Below are positions 23,209 through 34,882 of a stretch of DNA of 64,000 bases, piece after piece (position 1 is the stretch's first letter; every line of letters begins with the position of its first letter). The translations under genes were made by a program, and so were the position numbers. This DNA comes from Saccostrea echinata (taxonomy: Eukaryota). The stretch spans positions 35,154,001-35,218,000 of the forward strand of contig NW_026889779.1 of the NCBI RefSeq assembly GCF_033153115.1. Direction: 5' to 3'. Below the pieces are notes generated by a model, which saw only the letters and a program-made list of their open reading frames with translations, ran no database searches and was not told the origin of the DNA.

Positions 23209-26200
23209 ATGCAGTTTGGATTCGGTGGATATCAGAATTATGATGCAGAGCAGAGTGATAGAGAAAAGAAAAGGCTTAAAAAGAAAGAACCAGAGGTAAG
23301 ACATTGAATACGTTTTCATAAGGAGTCTTGCACTGATGTCCTAATGAAGAATTCGCTTCGAGCCCCCCATAACATATATTTTAAAAAAATTTAATACAAA
23401 TTTGCCGGTGTAACGACGAAAAATGACCCCCGTAGAATATTGACCAGGGGGTCAAATTTCTACGTAGAAAAATGATCCTGGGTCAATATTCCATGACGAG
23501 TAGGGTCATTTTTCGACCGTAGAAAACCCTCCCAGGCCGGTAATTCTACGACTCCTCTCACGTTGAAAAATGACCCCCATAGAAATCTGACCCCCTACTT
23601 TTTCACAATATTATATAATAAAACCTGTTAAAAAAAAACTTTTAGAGATGAGATATGATAAGCGTTAATTTTTCCCCAAGAAAATTTCAACATATATGTG
23701 GACGGATGAGAAAAGAAAAAATATTTTGTTTTCTGGAGGTAGGAAAAAATTGAGTCGGACCATTTTAGCCAGTCGGTCGGGAGAAGGTTAACAAACATTT
23801 TTTTAAAGATGGCCTTGGCTTGTCTCCAAATCATTCACTGCAGTTACAGAATTTCTAAGATGTTTTCTACCTCCTTCCCCAGTCCTTTTCATAATTTAAG
23901 GAGGAATGCCACACCAAAATTTTATTTAATAGATCTTTAAGACATCCCTTTTAAACTATGGTGCAGCACTGAAAGACTGATATTAGCTCTTAATTATTTA
24001 ATAAGATTTTTGGGTATTTTTTCTGAAAAAATGAAAAAAAAATTTACTTGCAAAGATGCTTATTTTAAACAAGAGGCCCAAGGTCCTTAACGGTCACCTG
24101 AGTATAATACAACAATTTAGAAGTTAAATACACTGACAGATGAAGCTTTGTTGCCCTAAAGCAAGAGAAGTAGGAAGATCAGGATAACAAAATAATTAGT
24201 CTAGTATTCAGTATCAACTCATAACTTAAGTTCTAATCTGTCCCACACTTAATATTATCACCATGCAGACTATTAACAAACTATTATTGCTTCTGTACTA
24301 TTTTTAAACCCATATTAAGACCTCTAGCATTGACCTCTCTTATGGTCTTTGAGGAACTTTTAATAAGATAAGTTATTTTTGTCTCATTTTTACTTATCTA
24401 TTACTTACAGGTCTGCCTGATTATTAAAACTAAGAAAGTACTTTTTGAATTATACGATAAACATTCTTGCATAATTATCTTATTCTAATAATCTTTCAAA
24501 TACATTATTTACAGTGATTAATTATCAAAGGTGAATGGAAAAAGGGAATAACTTCTCTCAGTAGAATACAAATTAATAGAGCCCTGTCCAGGACCAGAAT
24601 GCTTAGACAAATTGTCTGGCACTTTGTTTGCACTTTCAAACATCTGGTAGAAATACGCTTACTTATATCATTTAAACTTTTACTCAGTTTGCTTTCGATA
24701 TGCCCAGAAGCAGAGAAGAATTTCACAGGTACAATGCATTTTCACTACAGATTCAACAAAGCCGTACCCTAACACCAGAACCCAAGACCAAAGGTCAAGA
24801 AATTTACAAATTTGGAAGAGTTACCCTCATCATCATAACTATGGACTTCAAAGAATTAACACTTTTCCACTATATTATCAAACACCCCCCCCCCTCCTTC
24901 CTCGTTATGCCAGAACCCCTGGCCCTAGGACCACAAGATTTAAAAATTCTGTTCGAAGCTCCCATCTTCATCATAGCTAAGCAATTTATTTATCAGCTCA
25001 ATACTAAGGAGCAGACAGGATTAGTTAATGATTAATTAATAGAATTAATGCATTTTCACTATATAATCAATAGAGCCCCCCCCCCCCCCCTCCTCAAGAA
25101 CCCCAAAAACTGAGGCCATGTATTTAAAAATTTTGGAAGAGGCATCCTTGCCTATCATAATCATGCACTTTGTTTGTTTAAATAATCTCCAGTAGCAAAG
25201 AAGAAGATTTTCATAGAATCAATGCATTTTCACTATATAATCAATAGAGCCCCGCCCTAACACCGGAACCCCTGACCCTGGGGCCATGAAATTCACAATT
25301 TTTAAAAAAGCATCCTTATGCATCATAACCATGCACTTAGTTTGTTTAAATAATACCCAGGAGCAGAGAAGAAGATTTTCAAAGAATTAATGCATTTTCA
25401 CTATATAATCAATAGAGCCCCGCCCTAACACCAGAACCCCTGACCCAGGGGGCCATGGCTTTCACAATTCTGGAAGGGGCCCACCTCCTCATCATAACTA
25501 TGTACTTAGTTTATCACCTGAATGCCCAGGAGCAGAGAAGAAGATTTTCAAAGAATTAATGCATTTTCACTATATAGTTGATAGAGCCCCGCCCTAACAC
25601 CAGAACCCCTGACCCTGGGGCCATGAAATTCACAAAGTGGGAAGAGGCTCTCTTGCTCATCATAACTATGTACTTAGTTACTTAATTTAATACCCAGGAG
25701 CAGAGAAGATTTACAAAGAATTAATGCATTTTCACTAGATAGTTGATAGAGCCCCGCCTTAACACCAGAACCCCTGACCCTGGGGCCATGACATTCACAA
25801 TTTTGGAAGAGGCACTCTTGCTTATCATAACTATGTACTTAGTTACTTTACTTAATACCCAGGGGCAGAGAAGAAGATTTTCAAAGAATTAATGCTTTTT
25901 CATTATATAATCTATAGAGCCCCGCCCTAACACCAGAACCCCTGACCCTGGGGCCATGAATTTCACAATTTTGAAAGAGGCTCTCTTGCTCATCATAACT
26001 ATGTACTTAGTTACTTTATTTAATACCCAGGAGCAGAGAAGAAGATTTTCAAAGAATTAATGCATTTTCACTATATAATCAATAGAGCCCCGCCCTTACA
26101 CCAGAACCCCTGACCCTGGGGGCATGAATTTCACAATTTTGGAAGAGGCACTCTTGCTCATCATAACTATGTACTTAGTTACCTTATTTAATACCCAGGA

Positions 26201-26894
26201 GCAGAGAAGAAGATTTTCAAAGAAATAATGCACTTTCACTATATGATCTATATAGCCCCACCCTGGGGCCATGAATTTCACAATTTTGAGAGAGGCACTT
26301 TTGCTCATCATAACTATGTACTTAGTTACTTTATTTAATACCCAAGAGCAGAGAAGAAGATTTTCAAAGAATTAATGCATTTTCTCTATATAATCAATAG
26401 AGCCCCGCCCTAACACCAGAACCCCTGACCCTGGGGCCATGAATTTCACAATTTTGGAAGAGGCACTTTTGCTCATCATAACTATGTACTTAGTTACCTT
26501 ATTTAATACCCAGGAGCAGAGAAGGAGATTTTCAAAGAAATAATGCACTTTCACTATATGATCTATATAGCCCCACCCTGGGGCCAGAACCCCTGACCCT
26601 GGGGCCATGAATTTCACAATTTTGGTAGAGGGCTCAATGCTTATTACAATTATGCCAACAGTTTGACTGCTTGATGTCCAGGAGTAAAGAAGAAGATTTT
26701 AAAGATTGCATTATTTTTGGTGGTTTTAGCCCCACCCCTCAGGCCCCAGGGGGGCAGGGACCATGAAATTCACAATTTTTGTTGCCCTTTACCCATAGAT
26801 GCTATATGCCAAATTTGGTTGAAATTGGTTAAGCGGTTTCAGAGAAGAAGCTAAAAATGTTCAAATGTTAACGCACGATGACGGACGAGAACGG

Positions 26895-26934
<40 letters not shown>

Positions 26935-29900
26935 ATCAAATTTGATGTAAATCGGAAAACTCTTTCAGTCATGTACACAACCTTTCTTAGATCCTAATTA
27001 GAATATGCTTCCTTGGTGTGGGGTGGATGTAATGTAGGCGATAGCGAAAAATTAGCTCTTAACTCTATTTGCTTCTAAAGATGCACTATACTTTGAAACT
27101 GGATGGGAACCATTACATGAAAGAAGAAAAAACAATAACCAAGTTCCTGAGTATCTAACTGATATAATCCCAAATTTGCGTTGTAATTCATCAAGTTACA
27201 GTACGAGAAATTCATATAACTATAAGATACCTAAATACAGATTGCAAACATATAAGTCAACTTTCATCCCCTTGTTACTGACGAATTGAACTCATTACCT
27301 CTTATTGTGAGAAATTCTTCCTCATTGTCTATCTTTAAAAAGTCCATTTCTTACAATAAACCTATGCCACCCTCTTATTTCAGTTACGGGATTCGACGCT
27401 TTAATAAATTTATTACATACAAGGCTTCGACACAACTGTGTGCTTAATAGCGATCTTTTTCGATGTAATGTAATTTTGAGTCCCCTATGTTCTTGTAGAA
27501 GAGTGGAGGATACTCATCATTATTTCTTTTCATGCAAAAAATATGCAGAGGCCAGAAAAGAATTTTTTGACTCATTTCTGCGAATGGGAAAATTACATAC
27601 TGTTGATACTCACACTTTACTGTGGGGAGATGAAACGTTAAACGATGTTGAAAATGAATACTAATTTTCCACCGTACAAACATTTATTAAAAAGTCAGGT
27701 TGTTTTTTTTTTTTTTGTTTTTTTTTTGGTTGATACAATTATTACTTTTTACGAATTCTATACAGCTTGTGTATTATGTAAGAAATATATTAAATTGAAT
27801 ATTGTTCCTCTGATTATTATGTTTTTCTGTGTTTATTTATTTTAAGCTGAAACCATTATATGTAAATATGTTTGGTATAATTTATATGTAGGGAAAGGGC
27901 GTATTAATTTTTTAGATCTTTTGCCCAATCCCATTTGTAAAGTTAATAGACAATAAAATATACGTTCAAATCAAAGATGCTTTATGGTTTAAAATTTGCT
28001 ATTAATAAATGCATAATATGAATGTCTAATAAAATATGACATTTTAATTTTTTAAATTAAATATTATTTATGAAAATAAAACACAAAATTTGTAAATATT
28101 TTTTGTACCTATGGATAAAATCTTCATAAAACTAGTCACAACTAGGGAGAATATGTTAGTCAATTATATTTTGAAAAGAAATTGAAATGAAATTGTTAAA
28201 TTGGTTTTTTTTTTATGAAAAATTGTGGAAAAAATCTTATAAAATAATTGAGAGTTAATATCGGCCTTTTAATACTGAAACCATAGTTTAAAGGGGATGT
28301 CTTAAAGATCTATGAAAAAAAATTGGTGTGGCATTCCTTCTTAAATTCTTGCTTCAGACTTCGAATTAAATGCTTACTTCAAGTGTTTTACAATTTATAA
28401 ACTTTATCTCTATAATGTTATGTACAGTACATGTAGATAGAGGAGGGTTCCTATGCGCGACAGAGTCAACTTTGGTACAATTTTTTAAGCCCACAATTTG
28501 CTTGGCTTTTTTTTCTTCTTTGATTGAATGGCTCTATTACTTAAGTGAATGATTTTAATTTTCCCAGAAGCTTTGCTAGGACCTGTAATAAGGTGAACTT
28601 TTACTCAGATTACGTTGATAGCCCAACGGTTAATCATTTAACACTGTCCATTCAAAACCGTTTAGGAAATGTAGAAATCTATGGTTAGCGGAGTAGAACC
28701 ATGCAACAAGTAAAGATTATACATAGTTTTATTAAGAGTACACATTTGAACAAACATCAAACGAACGTTTATATGCAATAAGAAAATATGAAATGCCGGA
28801 TAATCCGTAGGACAACGAGTGAGTCGTGATGCAAGTGCATTTTGGTTTCCATTGAAAGCAACGACACGATGTCTGAACAAGATAAAAATTATGAAAATAT
28901 AGTAAACTGGAAGCTTACAAGGGAAAAGGATAGTGAATGTCAAACCCTTATTTAATACTAGATCAAATAAAGGATATTTATAGACCTTCTCTCTGCATGT
29001 GGATGATTTAGGGCATTAGCCGCACATCTATTTTTCATAACGGTACAACAAATAATATCCAACTTAGATTTCAAGCTGACACATGTTCCTTGCATGTTAG
29101 TAAGCATATAAATATTGTTTTTCAAGCATAAAAAATTAAATGCGCAAACATATAACGCAATGAACAAATTGTGAACAGAGAAGCAGTATTTTCTATTGTT
29201 TGAAGTTATCGCCCTTATAATTTTAAATTACATTCATTTTTTTGCAAAAATATACAAATTTGCCAAATCCAGTTTAAAATAAAAAGATCAAGAATAAACA
29301 TTTTATAATTTCTTTTCTACTAACAGTAAGAATTTTGTCTTTATTCTGGAATAGGTATTTTTTCCATTAATTTTATTGTAAATAACTTTAAAACATATAC
29401 GTATTGTGCATATATATTAGTTTTTTTTTCACAAGTCCAAAAAAAAAGGAGTCAGACGGTAAAAAAAATAAAGAGAGAGGGAGTTAGTGGGGAGAGAAAG
29501 GGAGAAAGAGAGAGAGAGTGGGAGAACGAGTGAAAAGGGAGAAGTAGAGAGTGTGGAAGGGGAGGGAGAGAGTGGGGAGAGAGGGAGAGTGGAAGAGAGA
29601 ATGTGGAGAGAGAGAGAGTGGGGAGGGGGGGAGAGAGAGGGGAGAGTGGGGACAGAGGGGAGGGAGAGAGGGGGAAAGAAAGTGGGGAGAGAGAGAGAGA
29701 GGGAAGAGTGGGAGGGGGAGAGAGAGAAGGGAGGGAGAGGGTAGAAGAGAGAGTTTAAGAGAGAGATGGGAGTAGAGAGAGTGGGGAGAGGGAGGAGAAG
29801 GATAGAGATGATATTAGCGTGTATAGACTTGTGTTAAATACATTGAGCTCTCTCTTTGTAAAAAGCCTTATTTTGTGAAGGCTTTGTTGACACTAACAAA

Positions 29901-31360
29901 CAACAAAGGACACTGGGAAAGGTTTTGAGCTAATCACATTTTGTGCCCCTGATATCGAAGGTCAGAGGCATATTGATTCAGTCTTGTGTGATATTTTTAA
30001 CATTTATATATTTCATATATTTAATTTATGATCCTATATTTTTATGAGAAGAAGTTTAAGACTTCATTCATAGAAATTAAAAGATAATTATGAGATCAAA
30101 TTTTCTTAAGAATCGTTATTTAAAAAAAAAAAAAATGGGAAGAGTTTTAACATGTTAATCTTTCTAATAACTTATGAAGAAGAAAGAAGACTTTATTTTG
30201 ATTTTTTGCACATTTCGATCATTAAAACTGTGGAAACTGAGAATTTTTAAGTTATTATTATTAAGGTATTCCATCCCTAATAGCAAAAGATTCAATGAAA
30301 TTGAATACATATCAGATGTGTAGGTGTTGAATACTCAGTATATTTTAGACATAATTCCCATTTATTACTATTAGCATGGAAGGGTGGGATCTGTCCTAAT
30401 TTATGATCTTGAATTTTGGTAATAGTTACCTGTTTTTAATTAATAAAAATATTAATCTTAAAAAATTATCTGGTAAAAAAAAAGTTTTCAATATTGTCGT
30501 TCTATTTCTAATATTTAATGCATCTTTCTACAACAATATTTATTGATATTATTATTTGAATTTTAAAAAAATTTCTTGTCCCCATAGACTTCAAAGCAAT
30601 TTTTGCTAATTAATTACTGCTTAGTAAATTACATTTTTGAAACTTTCTATTCAAATTCCACATTTCTTCAACATAAGTCTTGCAGTAATATGTTCGAATT
30701 ACAAGCAATGCTTCACTGGCTTTTCATCATTATTTTGTTATTTTTCCCCTTTTTATTCCATTATTCTATGGGGGTGTAGAAGGGGTGACCACTGTTATGT
30801 TTCACATAGTTATTGTGGTGTTTTATCCAAGACAGGACTGGCTGATCAGTTTGGCTACATCCTAACTTCACCAAAGGATTACAAAGCGGAAGCCATATTT
30901 GCCACCATTTTCTGCTGCCTTCCAATAGGACTGGTGGCTCTATTTTATTCTACAAGAGTAAGAATTTTCAGTTTACAATTTTAGGGACTTTATTATGCAT
31001 GAATTAGTTAAGAATGGATGTATGAATTCCATCATGTTCAGTCATTTACTTTCTAAATATGTACAAGGTTGTTGCAGCAGCTCGATGTGTTGAAAAACAA
31101 GGATATTTTACTATAAGAAACAGTATAAATTTTGAAGAAAAAAAAATAATTTTATCAAAATGCTACCTATTACTGATACATTTTCCCCATAATGCCATTA
31201 AGTTCTTCCTTATTTGTAGGTAAAACATCACTACAAAAACAACAGACTGATAGCTGCCTACTCCTCGTCCAAGGTTGCACAGGTTCTCAGTATTGTTGCT
31301 ACGTTAATCGGACTGCTATTGTGGCTTGCTGGTGTTATCGCTCTTGTGGTGTTAAAATAA
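23209..31360 (+). CDS. CD225/dispanin family membrane protein B, 117 aa
   Basis: Exons 23209-23295 (MQFGFGGYQNYDAEQSDREKKRLKKKEPE, GTAAG donor), 30832-30957 (TGLADQFGYILTSPKDYKAEAIFATIFCCLPIGLVALFYSTR) and 31220-31360 (VKHHYKNNRLIAAYSSSKVAQVLSIVATLIGLLLWLAGVIALVVLK*). Canonical FCCLPIG motif. The 7.5-kb intron 1 is filled with TEs. Exon 1 linkage is inferred from phase and parallelism with gene A. Confidence 0.8.
24068..26932 (+). mobile_element. Helentron-type non-autonomous element carrying a 168-bp satellite array
   Basis: 5' AACAAGAGGCCC...GGTCACCTGAG sub-terminal motif; 3' perfect palindrome TAGGTCACCTGAGT-G-ACTCAGGTGACCTA (26902-26930) preceded by a GACG-like microsatellite; inserted in an A/T run. 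Confidence 0.85.
25040..26700. repeat. Tandem satellite array, about 10 units of ~168 bp
   Basis: Recurring GAGAAGAAGATTTTCAAAGAATTAATGCATTTTCACTATATAATCAATAGAGCCCCGCCCTAACACCAGAACCCCTGACCCTGGGGCCATGAA at ~168-bp spacing, with one 147-bp unit. Confidence 0.95.
26933..27971 (+). mobile_element. 5'-truncated, decayed LINE (CR1/L2-like) ORF2 3' end and 3' UTR
   Basis: Disrupted translation KFDVNRKTLSVMYTTFLRS*LEYASLVWGGC...LYFETGWEPLHERRK...YSTRNS...HTRLRHNCVLNSDLFRCNVILSPLCSCRRVEDTHHYFFSCKKY...LLWGDETL is typical of the C-terminus of these RT ORFs. AATAAAA tail. 11-bp TSD CAAAGATGCTT at 24051-24061 and 27972-27982. Confidence 0.85.
29470..29805 (+). repeat. GA-rich polypurine low-complexity tract
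   Basis: About 330 bp that is almost purely G/A (GAGAGTGGGGAGAGAG-like units). Confidence 0.95.
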
Positions 31361-32028
31361 TTTCAGTGTCCAGATTAAGAACATGTGTATTAGGAAGAAA
31401 TAACAAATAATGACATTAAATTAAAATACATTTATGAATGTGTGATTGAAAAATGACTTGTATAACATCTCCTTAATTTAAACCAATATATTATAATTAT
31501 TCTGTACAAAAGTATTTAAAGTATTTAAAACAAAATAAAATCACGATATTGTAAATACATGTGTATCATACATTTCATTTGAAATTGTGATTTTTTTTCC
31601 CTGAACATAAAGACATGAGAAATAATCATATAAAATGTTTAAACCAATTTCGTGTTGAATTCAAATTATATTTCAGAGATTTACCAAAATCTACTGTTAT
31701 TTACATACCTTCACAAAGATTCAAAGATTATCACAGTTAATATATTTCACTCACAATGACATTTCAGTGAATTGTACAGTATTCAAGTAAATATATTATA
31801 TTCAAGCATTGATTAATATTGCACTAAAACTCTACAACTTGATGATCTTTTCAGAGAATGGTTTGATAACATGAACAAATAATTTTTTGTTGCAATTTTA
31901 TATAATAAGTAGTTAAGTACAGATGTACATGTCATACTAGGTATTTGTGCAAAACAGTGCAAAAATAAGAAGCCATGTACATAAGTGGCAGTACATGTAT
32001 ATGGTCACCTCACAAAACTTAATGTTTT

Positions 32029-32071
<43 letters not shown>

Positions 32072-32307
32072 TATAAACTGTATTTAAAACAATGAAAGAT
32101 GGCTTTTTAACTAAGAGTGATTTTTATTTTTTAACAAATCATTGTATTTTACAGACAAATAGATTTGCTGGTGTCTCTATTTTTACCTTTTTTTCTTTTT
32201 TATCAGTAGTTCTATTTCAAAAAAAAAAAATCTTTAAAAAAATGGGTTTTTTTTTCATATTCTTGTGCATGTAAATGACAGGGTTCATGGAACAAGTCAC
32301 CTACAGG

Positions 32308-32350
<43 letters not shown>

Positions 32351-33297
32351 TGAAAAAGTGACTCCTCCCAAACAGAAAAAAATTTTTCCTATGTTATGCC
32401 ATGCCCTACAGAGAGCACAGTAAAAGGAAAATAGCTTAGAATGGAGAATAAATGAGTTTTAAATAGAAATATGAGAAAAACAAAGCAACACAAAATATCA
32501 TTTTTCTTCACTTAATCAACAACAAAAAATTATTACATATAATTTATTGCAAATTTCAACTGAACTAAAAGTAAAAAGCACCTTCTCTAAAATGTAGAAA
32601 AATCTTGACATGGAGAATTGTTGACAGACCAATCCAAATATCTCACATATCACATCTCTTTAAAATGTACTCAAATGTACAACAGGACAGCATATGAGTA
32701 TTTGTCATTAAAATCTAATGATGATGTGAAACTGATTGAACTCTTGAGTGTACAGTGGTCACAATTAAAATGGAAATATTTATAAACCATAAAATGCAAT
32801 AAATATTGAACTTGAAAATAAGAGAAGTAATCACAACTTTTCAAGTAAAATGACTTGACAATTCTTAGTAAATTTACAGTGTAAATTTGAACTATAAAAA
32901 GAGTGGGATAATCTCAATTCATATTTTCATGCACTAAAATAATTAGAAATTTCACTTTTTTCCCAACAATTTTACTGACAAGATCAATAATTAATTTGTC
33001 CTTCTTCCCCTGTTAAGGTTTACAATCCGATCTCTTAAGATGAAAAAAGGAGATTGTAACCCTTGGATAGTGAAGATATGTCTGTGCCATTCAAAAATGG
33101 TTCAAATAAATTTGTATTATTAATGAAATATTTTTTGGTATGAATTTTAGAGGCAGTTTAATATTAAAACTTTTACTACATGTACTCTTAGATATTTTGT
33201 CTAATGATTATTTTTTTAAAGAAAGAAAAATAAATAACCATGTGGCATCTGAGTCAGTCATCACTCATACAATAAGTCAGAATGACTCAAATAAAGA

Positions 33298-34285
33298 AAA
33301 ACTAGAACTGTCCTAAAACAACCAATACTCCACAAGGAAACCAGAAAAAGGGTTCACTTTAAAATAGCTTTATAAGAGAACTTGGCCATCTTGTCGAAAA
33401 GTTATACTTAATTTAAGTATAAGTTATACTGCATGGCCTGAATCTTGTGGAAATGTAATACAATGTAATGATAAGAGGGTTGTAACACCTTTGGTTGAGA
33501 GCAACACTTAAGTTGAACACATAAATATATCAACAGTTCAAGCATCAAAATGTCATGGCCCAAAGAACATTTTTCTCAGTCGTTTCAAACTGGTATGCAT
33601 GACCATGACTTTATGCTACTCCTCTTATAAAAGTATTGTCTTTTAGAATTTTATATTTCTAAGATACTTCTCTGACCTCTGTGACCTTGTCTTAATAACC
33701 TTTGATAAAAGGTCACGTCATATCAGATGATTATACATGTAATCAACCCTTAGGACAAAATGACCTTTGGAAGTTATTTCACTATAAAGTTATATTACGG
33801 ACAAGAATTTTACACTTCAAATCCAGTGACCTTGACCCTGTCAAAATGATATGGTGAAGGGTTGTTACACACCCTTTGGTCACATTAAGCAGAATTAGTA
33901 TCTAGTATAATCTTCTAAGCTTATGGCTATATGGCAAGAATTTAATACTCATGATCTTGACCTTGGACAAATCAAGTAACCTTTGACTCAGGCATAAACT
34001 TCTATGTTTTTTTTTTTCATTTCAAAGTTGTGGCTAAAACAGTAATAACTTTTGTACCTTGTGACCTTGACCTTGTCAAAATAACCTTGGTACTGGGCCA
34101 ATGCACATTTCTGGACACAAGCTACATTTGTACAAAGTATGACAGAGTATAGAGATACTGGTATAAGAATTGAATAGTTTTGGAGATCATCACTAGACAA
34201 AAAATGTATACAGACAGATGGACAGACAGCTAGAGGGACATGGGGATTCCAGTATACTCCCCAAGTTTTGTTTGCAGGGGTATAA
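33298..34285 (+). mobile_element. Old Helentron-type non-autonomous element
   Basis: AAAACTAGAACTGTCC start, repeated GACCTTGACC motifs, a (GACA)n microsatellite and a terminal CCCC...GGGGTATAA hairpin-like end. Confidence 0.55.
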
Positions 34286-34882
34286 TATTAGATTTTGTAA
34301 AATATAAAATACACAGAAAAAGAGAGATCTTCTAAATAATCTCTACAAAGATTATTTTTTCATTACTAAATTCTGTTTCATTGTTCTAACTTAAAATTAT
34401 CCAAAGAAATTGAATTAACTACATTCTTCCCTGGTAGATATATGAAATAGATATTTATATTCTTGTTGCATTTACCATTCAGAAAAAACTTGAAATTAAC
34501 ACTAAAATGACAAAAATTACATAATATATAACAAAACAAAAATTAAAAAAAAAAACAGAAGAAATCTGCTCTAAATTATCTTGGGACAAAACAAACTGTA
34601 ATGCAAAAGTAAAATATGCCTGAATGAAATCAATTCAAATATGTACATGTAATGTCACAGTTCAAATTAAAAGAATCTGAAAAAGAAAATTCAATAATAC
34701 ATACATGTACATTTATGTATTTTGGCACATAAACTCCATAAAGCATTTCTTGATGGTAAACATTCACCCAGTGGAGACAAAAAACACTTAAAATTCCATT
34801 TAAACTTACACAGTGATTAAATATTAGAAACAACATTGGATTGTAGAAATTTCTACATCATCAATCACTATCAATGCATGAA

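Larger units (their letters stand above)
23900..28340. mobile_element. Non-autonomous TIR DNA transposon with TTAA TSD (Kolobok-like termini), interrupted by nested insertions
   Basis: TTAA|GGAGGAATGCCACACC... at 23896 and ...GGTGTGGCATTCCTTC|TTAA at 28340. Imperfect inverted repeats of ~140 bp (23900-24045 vs 28195-28340). RR...YY termini fit Kolobok better than piggyBac. Confidence 0.75.

Noticed and set aside
23407-23820. Repeated GAAAAATGACCCC motifs and a GTCGGTCGGG...GGCCTT end
   Set aside because: Probably fragments of DNA transposon ends, but no partner TIR or TSD was found to define an element.
25040-26700. CRISPR-like array, or repeated-domain ORFs at 26096-26311 and 26372-26617
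   Set aside because: Contiguous 168-bp units without unique spacers in eukaryotic DNA; the ORFs are by-products of the satellite.
29487-29775. Glu/Arg/Gly-rich ORFs
   Set aside because: They are translations of a GA low-complexity tract, with no splice or homology support.
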